From Azolla caroliniana (taxonomy: Eukaryota; Plantae; Polypodiophyta), in contig JBHGNT010000014.1 of assembly GCA_043228905.1 (NCBI GenBank), forward strand, positions 4,712,001 through 4,776,000: a stretch of 64,000 nucleotides of DNA, given 5' to 3'. A program made the translations under genes and the position numbers. Numbering within the stretch: the first letter of the stretch is position 1; every line of letters begins with the position of its first letter. The notes beneath the pieces are model-generated. The model saw only the letters and a list, made by a program, of their open reading frames with translations. It was not told where the DNA came from and searched no databases. Shown here piece after piece: positions 38,727 to 52,337 of this stretch.

Positions 38727-41700
38727 CTACTCCTTCGATGTGACGACTAAGAGTCCAAGTGCCGCTATCAAGATATACTATCGCCACCACAGAAAAGAAC
38801 AAGAATAAAGTCCCTTTACATTATCACATTCCTTTCACTGCATTCATACTCACTAAAATTTGCTTATCTTGGACCAAACTCACCTTTAAGAAAGGTTTTT
38901 CTGTCATTAGAATGGTCATCCAACCAACATAAGGGAGGAAACTGCACCCCACATAAAAAGAAAAGTCTAATTTATTATTTAACATGCATTTGATGCATGA
39001 TAATAAAGCAATGAAAAATGGTGTAATTTGCTATAATCGTTCTCATTAGGCTACATTCATGATGCCAAATCGCTTACCCAACAGCACGACCCATTATGTG
39101 TTTCTGATTCAGCCACATTTGTCCCTTGGCATAAAGAAGCCTATCATCACGAGGATTATTATCCCCTGCAAATTGGAATTGGAAATGATTAGGAAATATC
39201 CTTTTTAACTTGCTAAGATATCCTTCCTCTTCATTATATTCATCACGAACCCACATAGTAGTCTGTTTATAGAAAATTCCCATAATATACTTACATGTAA
39301 AAGAAAATAATTATGTATTTGCTTGTTTACAAAGTTACCTATGTTATGTGCTCATAGGCTCCTAATTCATTAACACATAATTACAAAATTAAGATTAAAT
39401 ACAGTTTATACATGAAAAATATTTACATATGATTATGAATATTAATTTGAAATTTAGCTTGGGAAAGGGTTTTACTTGTTTTTAATTACTGATTGATTGC
39501 TCTGTAAATAGTAATAATTTTTATTATACTTCTCTATGAACCTTGTCCACCACATAGAAAGCACCTGGATGAGTGGCTCGTTTCTTCTCACAAGTATGAA
39601 CCATCAGCCATCATTTTTCAAGATGCATGACGACCTATTTCTAAGGTTTTGTCAAAAATATACATGCATGTGTCTACCCTCATCCATGTTTTCTTTTTTG
39701 AAGTTCATTGAAGTAAGATCCAACATGATTGCAGTATCCTCATTTTATGAGTGTTTTTCAGTTATAAATCATCTTTAGACTTTTCAAAACATATGCATAG
39801 GTACAGAATAATCGAAGGTCTACTGAAAAGTCACATCAACCCACAGTGAGTGATAAGGGATGATCATTCCATCTCCTAACCAACACAAAGCCATACATAG
39901 GTACAGAATAATCAAAGCTCTACTGAAAAGTCACACCAACCCACAGTGAGTGATAAGGGATGATCATTCCATCTAACCAGCACAAAGCCATAGGTACAGA
40001 GTCAGGGAATATATATTGAGAAGTCACGTCAACCCACAGTCAGTCATAAGGGATGATCATGATAGTTTTCCGTATATAGAGATCACACAATAATTCCCTG
40101 TCAAGGGTTGGTGGCCCCTGTGAAAGGGTTACAGATCACAAAACCAAACATTTGAATGTATTTCTGCTCAGACGTTAACCAGAATTACATGGCTGCATGA
40201 TAAAGGACAGCGCACAGATGCATTGTATATACGAATTGTTAAGGACCATGATTCATTGGTGTAACACATCTAATAGCACTAATAAGAGAACTTTGTAACG
40301 TAAGGTCTCATTGCAGAAAAATAGATGTTTGGGCACAGTTCCTTTAAGAAATTAATACCGATAAAGATAGGAAAGTTTAACCGAATTTCAAGCTCAAATT
40401 TTAAACCAATAGGATCCAACCTTACTCACCCAAGAAACAAAATAACATTAATTACATTACAAAAACATTATGCCAATGAAGCCAGCCATTAGCTCAGGAA
40501 ACAAATACCTTTAGTCAATACATCAACTTCACCAGTTTCCCTGTCTTCATGAACCTATTGGAACAAATTACAGTTGTGAGTTACAAAAGTGAAAATGATG
40601 CGTGGAGTGACCACCATTGCTTACAGATCATTCGATATCTAAAATTTTCATGAGTGCATGAATGTTATTTAGTGATTCTCTATAAGTGGAATATTCAAAA
40701 ACTGTAATTCATACCAACTATCACAAGCGATAACAAAATACTATGAGCTTTTAGTTTGACTGAAGACAAGGATTGAACTCATGCACCACTCAAATACAGC
40801 ACTACACTCCAAAGGAAGATGTGAGTGGATTCTCAAAGATGCATAACAAAATAGTCTTAGAAATCTCAGAAGGCTTGTTGTAAGGCAACAAGCTCATTGT
40901 CATATTTAACATCTTCAAACGACCAAATCAGCCTATGAGATCCAAAATTGCATATATATGAAATTGATTTCCTGGTAAAATATAGCAAAATTCAGTTTGT
41001 AACCAAATTTGGTAGCTACCCTGAGTAGCTCGGTTTATGATGAAAAGGAGGTACATAATTGCAACTTATCAGTAAGGAAGCTTATTCAAAAAATGACACT
41101 ATTTAATCGGGTAGTAGAACAACCAGATTAAAGGATGATTACAAGCTTGTTTGAAAGTAGAGGGACACCTAAGATTACGTCAGTATGAGCCGGCTCACAG
41201 GATGTATCATCATGCTAGCTTCTATACCGATGTACCTTAAGGTATTGATGTTATATTTTTGACTGGAACTTCAAAGCATGATGCAAAACCTGAGATAGAA
41301 GGCTACTTATAATATTGATATGCCTTCACTCCAAAGGGAATATTGGACGTGCAGTGATAGCATGTATTTGCCATGAGAGCTTAGATAATTATATAAAATT
41401 ATGTAAGTATGATGATTATAAGCAATACCTACGATATAGATTAATTTAGGCAAAGAGAATCTCTACATAGCCACATTCTACATTCCTCATAAAGATTCAA
41501 ACTACTCTAGAATATTAGGGTTGGCCCATGATGATCTTTTCACAGACTTATGTCAAGATATACTTGTTTTTGAGACGTGCATTGATAGCACATATTTGCC
41601 ATGAGAGATTAGATAATTATATAAAATTATGTAAGTACGATGATTATAAGCAATACCTACGATAGAGATTAATTTAGGCAAAGAGAATCTCTACATAGAC

Positions 41701-44700
41701 AGATTCTACATTCCTCGTAAAGATTCAAACTACTCTAGAATATTAGGGTTGGACCATGATGATCCTTTCACGGACTTATGTCAAGATATACTTGTTTTTG
41801 AGACGTGCACTGTCGGACGTATTTGCCATGAGAGGTTAAATAATTATATATAATTATGTAAGTCTGATGATTATAAGCAATACCTACGATAGAGATTAAT
41901 TTGGGCAAAGAGAATCTCTACATAGCCACATTCTACATTCCTCATAACAATTCAAACTACTCTAGAATATTTGGGTCGGACCATGATGATCCTTTCACAA
42001 ACTTATGTCAAGATATACTTGTTTTTGAGAAGCTTGGTAAAGTGTTGATTATGGGAGATTTTAATGCTAGAGTTGGAAAATACCACAATGTGGAGCTGTT
42101 GAGAGAAAATATAGTGGATCCTTGTCTATTATGTGATTCAAAGGATTGTATTGTGACAGATAATTGAAGAATTCTAATACATATTCTTGACTGCACAAAC
42201 TTGATTGTCTTAAATTGTATAAATGTTTTTCCTTTCACATGTTTACTAGCCTCACGTGGAGGAAGTGTGGTAGATTATGTATTAATGAAGGCATATGATC
42301 TATCTATCCATGGTGAATGCATTTATTGGTCCTCTATCCCTTGACTCGAACCATAAGCCCTTATACTTGGACCTTACACTGTCAAACTCCATCAACAATG
42401 TAGTAGAGTGAAAGAAGAAAGAAGATACATCATTCAACCAAGTTACAAGGATAGAAGTTGAGAACCATTTGTCAAAACTATTTAGGCAATGATGTTAATG
42501 AAAATTGGAAACATTTGAAAGATATCATCCTTGAGGTAGGATATCAATAATTTCAAATGTGTTGATGAACATAAAAGATCTAGTTTCCCATGTAATTCTT
42601 GGTTTGGTGAGAAATGTAAGATGTATCTCAAACTATATTAGTTTGCAAAAGGGGAACGGGAACGGACCATGGCACCAATACAAAAACGTAGTGAGGAGAA
42701 AGAAAAGACAATACTTGCAAAAAGGAAAAAGAAAATGGTGTTTAAACTCCAACCAAAACTAACATGGAAACAACTCAATGGTATATGGAGGATATTAAAG
42801 GTGAATTTACAAATGAAGAGATGCTAGAATATGTACAACGCCTATATACGTGTGAGGGACTGGCTCCTATGGTTGAGATTCGAGAACATTGAAACACCTT
42901 GTAATACATGCATTGATATTGACGGTGTCAATAAGGGAACAAAAGAATTGGCTAATGGGAATGCAGTAAATATAACTCATTACAAATGAACTCTTAAAAT
43001 AGACAATGCTACATACTCGTTATTGGATAGCAAATATTATAGATCAAACTATTAAACAAGGTTTGCTAGATTATTGGCTCATGAATTGGATTAAGCCAAT
43101 TTTTCAAGGCGGAAGATAAGAATTAAGCGTAAAAATTTTGCACGATCATGGTGAGCTCAACTATTGCTAAATTGTATAGCACTACAATGGAGCAAAAGGT
43201 AAGTGCATGGGCTGAAAGTCAAAACAAACAAGCACTTGGGCAAGCAAGTTTTAGACCAAACCAACCTATTGTGGATCATTTGGTTACACTAAGAGTAATT
43301 ATGGAAGAAATTCGACTACAAGGAAGAACACTACATTGTTGTTTTGTTGATTTTAAATGAACATTTGATACAATACCACAAAGTGAGCTTTGAACTAGAA
43401 TGGTAAAAATTGGCAAACCCTTAAGAGTATCCAATTGTTATTGCATGATTATATGAGCAAGTTAGATGCCAACTAAAAAGTAAGGATGGGTTCTCAGACT
43501 ACTTTTAAGTAACATGGGGGTTAAGCAAGGATGTCCACTATCACCTACATGCTTTGGTTTACGCATATTGATATATTGGAAGAAGTGGTGAATAGGTTGC
43601 AAAAGGAAGATTAGATGCTCCAAAACTTATGCAACAAGCTATCTTATTGCTTTTAAGTGCAGATGGTGTAGTTATCTTTTCATATGATTTTGATGGTATT
43701 CAACGTTTACATTGACCACTAGAAGCATTTTGCCATAATAATGGATAAAACAAAAATGATGGTAATGTCAACCATCCAACCTCACCAATATCCTACGCTT
43801 ACATACACAGGAGAACATATACAATTTTTGCAAAACTCTCAGTATCTTGGTATCGATGTACCCACCACAAATAAATAGTGCATGCTTTAAGTCTAGGCTT
43901 GAAAGTAGTTGGAAAAGTAATTATATGCCTGAAAATCAATGCAACCAAAGTGATACTTATGGATGGGAAGTAAAACTAATGCTATTTAATGCCATGGTAA
44001 CACAAGTTCTGCTTTATGGCGGAGAAGTGTGGTTAAGGCACTACCACTCTTAATGCATGGAATTAGATTGAGTAGATTCAAAAGATGTTTTTAAGAAGAC
44101 AACTAGGAATTGAATCCACACTGTCTATTAGGCTATGTTCTCAGAAACAAGTGTTCAACCTAAAGAGATATTGACACTACAGAGAGTATATAGATACATT
44201 ACAAAAGTCAAGAATATGCCAAATTATAGATTACCACATCGTGCTTGGAATATTGGATATAAACTACAAAAGAATCACAAAAGTAATTCTCTCATCTGGT
44301 TAGGTAGTTGACATCAGGAAATGGTTCAAGAGATGGGTGTGGAAGATCTCTAAGAGCTTTCAAATGATGCTATGAAATAGGTAGTTATTAAGGAAAGGTT
44401 AATGGAACCACTAAGGAAGAAGTGGGAAGATGCTTAAAGGACAAAATTAGACTATTACATTCCAAACATTAACCCTGAATGTTGGATTCATTGTAATGCA
44501 AGAAGGCCTATTGATCATATTCAGCCTTCTCATTACTAACATGAGTATTAACTCTTGTGGAGTCCTGGCGCTCCTTCACACTGAATTACACAAGCTAGGT
44601 ATTTAAGTTGCATATGGCATCAAACTTAATCAAATACGAAGGCATGTAAGGTATGAAATGAAGGGTTAGTATAGCATGAGTATAACTTCTTGTTACTATC

Positions 44701-46856
44701 TACAATTCGTGAAAGCTATGATGACATATTAGGAATTGGATGATGACTTACGTGCCACACTAAAGAGAACACCTAGAAGGTTGAGCTCATATGTGTATGC
44801 ATTCATTCATACATCAAGTCTTTGTGCTTCAAAGTATGTATCAATATCCCTTCTAAGGAGACACACATCAAGAATACTTGTGTACTTGGAACCCATCCCC
44901 GGTGCTTCCCTCGCTTTGGAGACCTCTCCATTCTCGATTGACCTATGCTAAAGATCTTTTGAAGACAACAATTTACAAGCTATCCAGCTTGAGAATCTTA
45001 CATGTACTGAAAACAAGATTCTTTAGTCTCTTTTTATCTTATTTACTTCTTTTCTTTTTACTTAGTAACATTTATTTTGGTTTCTTATTGAAGACAAGAC
45101 AGCATTTAAGATGTAATCTCTTGTTTGGTCTTAGAGGCAATTTTGGCCTCTTAAAAGACGTTAATAAATCTTTCTTCTATGGACGCTAAAACATATATAA
45201 TCTAATCTAATCTAATCTGTGTAATAATAACAAGAAGAGAAAAGTATATAAATAGCTTAAAGAAATCATAACTTCTAACAGTAGCATGATGAGATTAAAA
45301 CTGAAACCTTAATATTTTTGGCAATTCAGAAAGAAATCAGAGGTTGAAATGTACATCACCTTGATAACCCTATGAACTATCGGAATTTCTCGACCCTGCA
45401 AAAGCAAAATATGAGTCAATTACGGTGGATCATAGTTAAAAATGTTATTAGGAATTGTCAAATTAGAAAATGGTTACATACATCTATATTGAACACCACT
45501 ATCTCTCCAGCTCGAATAGGAGCATTCCCCATGTATAGAAACAAAATGTCTCCCTGAATTCATAATTATTTTTTACAGATCAGCATCTTCAGTTTTATAT
45601 CAACTTTTATTTGATGGATCTTTCAAACCATACTCTTTGAAACCCAGGTTCCATGCTGCCTGAGAGAACCACCACCACCGGTGACTCACTACCAGTGTAG
45701 TATATCAGACCTTTCCACATTATAAGAGCTGATGATACAATCATACCTAAAAGAGCATGCATGGACTATCATTAGAAAATAACATATAGTTTTCATAAGA
45801 TATATGAATGATCAAAACAAAAATCCAACATTGATGGTGTGCTGGAACTTCTTTACTAAGGAGCTTGGATCTCATGATAAATTAGAAGGAATTCATGGGA
45901 ACCATGCATCTATTACTCAATTTGGGAACTCTTCTTCAGAAACTTAGTCAAGGTCATATTGTTACCAAGATTTTATCTTGACATTTCAATCACTTCCCAT
46001 TGAAACTTTTTGTTTATGCTTTAGGCCTTTTTGTCTAATGTTTCACAAAACGATGAGTATGAATACTAGAGTAAGTTAGATAGATACATTGATTGTTCTG
46101 GAACCTGATGTCATGTGATCTTATTTCATGTTTCTGCTGTGTGAAAAAACATTAAATTCCTTTTTTAGGCTAGCTTCTAAATGGTCTCTGAACACCCACA
46201 ATTCTCATAACCAAAATCACCTTAAGGTTAGAGCAAAAGCATCAATATAAAGATGAATATCTGTTCGTTGAAAGAACAAAACAGATTGATCAGCCCTCTA
46301 CCAAGATCATATGAGTTTATGAGAAAATAATGTGAAATTTCTAGATTGGTTACAGAAACACCAAAAGAGGGAGTCCCAATGTTCAAAAAAGACAGAATGT
46401 ATAAGTTGTATCGCAATATCCAAAACTCTAGTTTCAACTTTAGCCAATTGTGAATCAGGATACATCCCAATTTCAATGTCTTGGCACAAAGACCTCCAAA
46501 TATTCAGATATTTGTTAAACAGAAATTCCAAGTTATGACAAATGTTGATGACGGTTTTGCTGTTTTTTTTGGTCAAGTTGAAATCGTGTTTAAGCACAAC
46601 CAATGGATAAAATGCATCACTTATTGTATCTCCCTCACATTATATGTACATATATCTTATTGGTGTGCATAACATGAAGCTTGAAAATGATGGATCTAGC
46701 TTTATACATCATCTGCTTAACAGCATCAACATGATTAGGGAATGATCTATCTATCCATTTATAAAATTCTCGGATGAAGAAAGAGAGAAAGAAATTGCAC
46801 ACACTGTTTGAAGTGAAAAACAATACGAAAGGAATTAAACCCTAGTAAACAGATCT

Positions 46857-46902
<46 letters not shown>

Positions 46903-47222
46903 AAAATGAAGTAACAATAATCAATACATATACGCCACAGTGATTTCCACAAAATTACAAGAGTACAACCACCCTCGGTTTCTAATATTCTGATCAGAGT
47001 ATACCACTCTGCCATTATTTCAAACAAAAACAAGAAAAGAAAGAGGAACGGAGATTCTAGTAGATATGCAAAACTAGGCTAGGGTATGGGTATGGGTATG
47101 GATATGGAGAGATTGAGAAAGAACGAACCGAGTGTGATGAGTTGCATCGTGAGCTGTCTGAATTTGATGGAGCAGATGGAATCCTTGGCCTCTCTCAGGT
47201 AGCCAGAGAGTAGGCTGGCCAT
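38727..47222 (-). CDS. SEC11: Signal peptidase complex catalytic subunit SEC11, 185 aa; exons 47222-47129, 45746-45634, 45553-45482, 45395-45360, 40554-40509, 39165-39078, 38941-38884, 38777-38727
   Basis: All introns are GT-AG with consistent phases. Motifs [54 protein letters not shown] and [16 protein letters not shown]. An alternative in-frame ATG lies at 47237. Confidence 0.96.
39797..40059. repeat. Tandem repeat, ~3 x 95-100 bp, in SEC11 intron 5
   Basis: CATAGGTACAGA...AAGTCAC..CAACCCACAGT...AAGGGATGATCAT recurs at ~39797, 39896 and 39989. Confidence 0.85.
41200..45218 (+). mobile_element. Degenerate RTE/RTEX-like LINE in SEC11 intron 4, antisense to the gene
   Basis: EN motifs [10 protein letters not shown] and SVVDYVL; RT motifs GQASFR..DHL..L...CCFVDFK and [10 protein letters not shown]; [10 protein letters not shown]; (AATCT)4 tail at 45199-45218. 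The 5' end is approximate. Confidence 0.8.
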
Positions 47223-47249
47223 GCCACCTACTCTCATCTCTTCCTCTTC

Positions 47250-47512
47250 CTTCTTCTTCTTCTTCTTCTTCTTCTTCTTCTTCTTCAGATGGTGATGGTG
47301 ATGGTGATGATTAGGGTTGACAGAGACATAGACTGTTTTCCATGGCTTCTCTCTGTCTGTGTCTGTGTCTGTGTCTTGTCTGGGATATATGTACAATAGA
47401 TTGATTGTTTGTAAGAAAAAACACCTTCCAAAACCTCCTCAGAGATTGTTACACATATTCATCATCATACATACATACATACATACATACATACATACAT
47501 ACATACATACAT
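47250..47512. repeat. Microsatellite cluster in the SEC11 leader/promoter: (TTC)n, (GGTGAT)n, (TGTGTC)n, (ATAC)n
   Basis: Directly visible. (GA)n tracts also occur at 38654-38687 and 46861-46898. Confidence 0.9.
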
Positions 47513-47524
47513 AGATGATGATTT

Positions 47525-47876
47525 GTATCCCATGCGCGCATTGACGGTGTTTGGCCATCGGCTTGGACATAAACTGGATAACCAAGATCTGGCCGGGTGA
47601 TCTTCAAGTAAATTAGGCTTCCAACCATTTGTTAGAACCGTTTCTCGTCACATGCCGATGCCGAATTGTGGCGAAGCTTGACATTTCTGTCCAGAGGAGT
47701 TGAGACGGATCAGTAGTCCGTCATGCCGAATTTGAACTGCATATTCAACACATAATGTCTTTGGCTTATCAGTATGTCTTGGGGAATGCAGATCACTTCG
47801 ATCCTGAGGAAGTAATGAAGGTCTCCTAGATCCTTTATTTCAAAGGTTGCAAACAATTGAGACTTGATGTCGACGA
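47525..47876 (-). mobile_element. Copia RT fragment
   Basis: FEIKDLGDLHYFLRIEVI...ISQRHYVL...FGMTD, related to the Copia RT at 61730-61860. Confidence 0.8.
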
Positions 47877-48988
47877 TGTTACGGGCATAACCATAAATTA
47901 TCCCATCGTAAGATTGTACCATAGTATTCTATACCGTGGATAAAGTGTGAGGGTTTAAACGAGAGTGTAAAGAAGGGAGGACTACTTTTAATCCTAGGAA
48001 TTGAGACAACCCATTAAGGCCAAGTGTGAACTTGCCTGGGGCCCTTTGGTTTGGCTATAAATATGAGGCCTAGCTACCCTCATTTGACAGATTATCGACT
48101 ACGTCGAGACAATTCTGATCTTGTGGTGATCAACTCTTGTAGCGAGCACACTATTACCATGTACGACTCGATGGCACGACAGTGGTATGGGACACCAATC
48201 GAGGCTTGAGTTCATCTCAATCCCTTCGCTCGGGGGTGGTCGAGTGGATCGACGCCCTTCTTTCTCTCCTCTATTATCTATCTATCTATCTATTATTTCC
48301 TTATCATATGCTTACATTAGGATTGACCTCTAACAGTTGGTATCCAAGCCTTGATTCCTAATGTTTCTTTTGTTGTGTTTTGTTTTTTGATGGTGATCAA
48401 TCCATGTTCGTTCAAGCATGATCTAGAAACGCATCAACAAAGGAACTTCGGTACTTCCCTTAATTTTTATTCTATTCTTTCTTCTCCCATTCTAATCATG
48501 TTTACGTCATTATGTAATCATTGCAATGATTCAATTACGTTGTAGTGGTAATTCTTTGGTTATATAAAGTGTACATATGTTACATATGCGTATGAGTTCA
48601 ATACCTCCATTGCCATGTATTTGGTATGCAATTTGTGTTGTATGCATAAGAGGTCAATACCCCGATTGCGTATTACGTAACATACATATGTTACGTATGC
48701 GTATGAGGTCAATACATCAATTGTCATATTTTGGATATGTGATTTGTGTCATATGCATAAGAAGTCAATACCTTGATTCCATATTATGTTCTCGTACATA
48801 TATTACGTATGCAAATAAGGTCAATACCTCAATTGTCATATATTGGATATGCGATCTGTGGCATATGCATAAGAGGTCAATACCTTGATTGCGTATTACG
48901 TTCACCCTTATCTTTGGATGTTACATGTGCGTAGAGGCTAGATGCCTCGATTACATCATTTGTTGGTTATGTTTTGTTAACGATTCTT

Positions 48989-49023
<35 letters not shown>

Positions 49024-50727
49024 CACATGTATACGTATTTAATCGTATACATGTCATAAACATATATGTGTGTATATTAGGAATTTGTTACGTTATGTTA
49101 ATTGATCAATGGTTGTCTTTTGAGGTAAGGATTTTGGTGGCCATCCTCACATTTTTGTGAGAATGATGTAGTCACCATCCTTTTTTAACAATTTTTTTTT
49201 GTTATCCCCCTTGGTCACCTTGATTTTGCTACACGTTAGAACGAAACAAGCATAGCCACAATGATGTTGTGAGTGTAAGGGCTTGACCCACTTCATGCGA
49301 GGTCACTCTTATGAAACACGTATCCAAAGTTTCGCACTCGTTACATGATTACGATGCCACCATGAGATCATCATTATGAAAGGCATTTGTAATGAAGTAA
49401 CCATGTGATGGGCCATGTGGGCCTACTATGGAAAAGAAGGCTAGTGTTGGCTTGACCATTAGGTTGCCCCTTATGGTATGCCATTGTAATGATGAGACTT
49501 GAGGTTGGGTAACGTACCAACATAGTTTTCTAGTTAACGAGGGGGAATAAGGATTCTAGACACATATGTTTTCTTTTAAAAAAACATATATGTGCAAATG
49601 TCTTTGCATATCTCTCATACGCATAAACATTAAACATTCAATAGGAGCAAGCCATTTGGTTAGCTCAAGTGTTTAATGGCTTTGTTCTCAAGGTCTCGAG
49701 TTTTAATATGACCAAGACAATACAACATTATTGATGCATATGACTATAAAACATGTTTGGACTTTAGGTCTAAGTGCACTTTGGGGTCCTCGTAATAGGA
49801 CTTAAAGAGCCAAAACCACATTGTGGGCACATAGACATAGTTTATTGTTAACATTTTTTCGTGTATAAACTATTCATGATGCGAACAAACATGGTTGAGC
49901 CTCGGGGAGACACCATGTAAAAATCGATATACAGATCAAGGAAAGACATTCATTTGTCACCCCCATGGTTTTTAAAACACCTTTGTGTTACCATAGTTAC
50001 CTGATCTTGAACCTCATTTCATACGTCCAAAGGGGTGTAGACATGAGATAATGATATCGATTAATGTTTTTCCGTGATATGTGTACATCAGACATTATGT
50101 TATGGCGATTTGTCTGACCCTATCCTATTTCTTTGCCAGACGTTATATTCTTATGACTTATAATAACATCCCGATGACATCCTCCCAAGCGGATGCAATT
50201 CAAGGAAATACTCCTAGGGTAATCCCAATTGAGTCGTATTTTTTACAAATACAAAATTTCCTTATTTCTACCTTGAACGAGATTTCCAAACTTCAACACT
50301 CTCATGGTGCTCTAGATGCATGGGTCATTAGTATGCAACATGATACTAATAAACCAGATGAATGTCAAGGTGAACCATCATTTGTTGTCAAGCCATTTAG
50401 AGGAGAGAAAAAGGAAAGAACCGAAGAAGCAATTTGCACATGGCTTGATCAATGAGAGTTTCATTTTAAGCTCTATCCCAAGCCAAATAGTACGAAGACT
50501 GCATATGTTGGTCAAGAACTAGGGGTTAAGGTTGCTGCTTGATGGCATGGGCTCTGCACTACGGGGAATTTGCAAGATACTTGGACAGACTTTGTCAAGA
50601 TTTTCAAGGGTCAATTTCTACAACATAAGCTTTAATGAACCTTTGTAGCCTGAAATTTTCCTCACTAGAAGATTATGCTCACCATACTAGAACCCAAATT
50701 CAAAAACTAGGTCTAGAAGGTGACTAT
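47877..50727 (+). mobile_element. Truncated chromovirus copy A: 5' LTR 47877-48335, PBS, long leader, partial gag
   Basis: TGTTAC...TAACA LTR; PBS TGGTATCCAAGC; colinear with 52338-55090. Confidence 0.9.
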
Positions 50728-51080
50728 TGTCACAGACGAGTATAACAGAGTAGAACCAAGACGAGACTAAGAACTCAGAGAGAGAAAAAGAACAAGAACT
50801 TGACTTATGATTCCGTAACTGGTGTTGTTCACCTTGATTAGAATCAAGGTGCCCTTGAGTATTTATACAAGAAGGTAGAGGTATATTGCTAGCTAGGAAT
50901 AGAGAATGCATGAAGATCCATTCAAGCTAGGAATAAAGAATGCATGAGAATGCATGCAAGCTAGCAACTTCAAATGTTCAATCTAACATACACGAAGTTG
51001 GATTTTAATACAAGGATGCATAGATGGATGTAGCTTAGTTGGTAGGGTTGCCCAATGGAGACCAGGAGGTCTTGGGTTCG
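50728..51080 (-). mobile_element. Partial LTR inserted in the gag of copy A, truncated within its tRNA-like cassette
   Basis: Begins TGTCAC at the point where homology to copy B stops; minus-strand TATAAATA near 50865; A box TAGCTTAGTTGG at 51031-51042 and GGGTTCG at 51074-51080. Confidence 0.65.
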
Positions 51081-52337
51081 GCTTCTTCTTCGTTTTCGAT
51101 GCGGCTTAGATAATCTGTGACCGCGTGCTAAGCATCTGGCCGATGATGAATCTCAAATTTGAATTCTTGTAGTAACATCCATCGAGCCATCTTACCTGTG
51201 AGGGACTGTTTTGAGACCAAATATAGAAGGGTCACATGATCCACGTGGAAGACGAACTTCCGGCCTAGTAGGTAGTGACGGAATTTATTGATACTATATA
51301 TCATTGTTGAGAGTCAAACTCAACTTCCCATAGTAATAGGTTTCACACTAGCTTATGGTCATACTAGGCTAGTTTTGTAAATAGTAGAAAGGGCACTTGC
51401 CCTAGTTTAGTTGGTATTTAAACCAACCCCTTGTAACTTAATTACTGTTGGAAGTATTTTGGTTAATGTAACATACAATCTTTTATCTCTGTCTTAAGTT
51501 CTCTCTCTCTCTCTGTGTTTTGCCTTATGTACACACGCACAATCCTTCCGTTGCATCTCAGCCACTCTTGCTCCTCATTTCTTTACATGGTATCAGAGCG
51601 TGTGGTTACTTAATCGAATCTATTCAACTGTGTTGTGGTACACGCCAACGAACAACAGAACTGGCTCATCAACAGAGAAGAAATCGACATAATGAACACT
51701 CACATGGGAAGCACTCTTCCTACCGAGAAGCTTGACAGAATGAATTTCGCATATTGGGAATACAAGATGCATCAATACCTTGTCAGACAAGGTTACTGGA
51801 GCTACATTGAAGGAGCTCATGAAACTCAACCCAACCCAACACACACCGACTATCCCGCTTGGGAGCAGGCCGCAAGCCGTGTGTTGTATTGTCTTGCATC
51901 ATGTGTTCATGATCATATGCTTGGCTATATTCGAAATTCGAAAACACTGAAAGAAGCTTGGGGAAATATCAAGAAGATTTTTGCGGCCAATACCGCTGCA
52001 CGAAAGCTCCAACTTCGACAGGAGCTAAACAACATGCAACAGAGAGACATGTCGATCACAAGCTATACCTTAAAGATCAAGGAGTTGTGTGATGCCCTCG
52101 GTTCAATTAATGTCTCAAATATGCCTCGGCGGCCTAGTACCCTGATTTGGCTTGATTAGATCGGCCATCCTTGCAAGGGAGAACCCTCCTTCATTTTTCG
52201 ATCTCCAATCAATATTGTTGGTTGAGGAAAATCACGCCCGACAAAGGAGAAACGCACCAGAGGGTCATATGTTCTACTCCTAGTCGAATGATAGAAGAAA
52301 TTTTGGCCGTGGAAATAGAGGACGATTCAAACAAGGT

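Noticed and set aside
39797-40059. Intronic C/D snoRNA cluster
   Set aside because: Only ATGATCA and CTGT near-matches; no proper C/D boxes or terminal stem.
47079-47396. 105-aa poly-His/poly-Lys ORF
   Set aside because: It starts at TTG and translates leader microsatellites. Only 47129-47222 (or 47237) is SEC11 exon 1.
51160-51200. LTR end at ...GTAACA (51177) with an adjacent PPT
   Set aside because: The sequence reads as RNase H (ARWMLLQEF) on the minus strand, so it is pol, not LTR.
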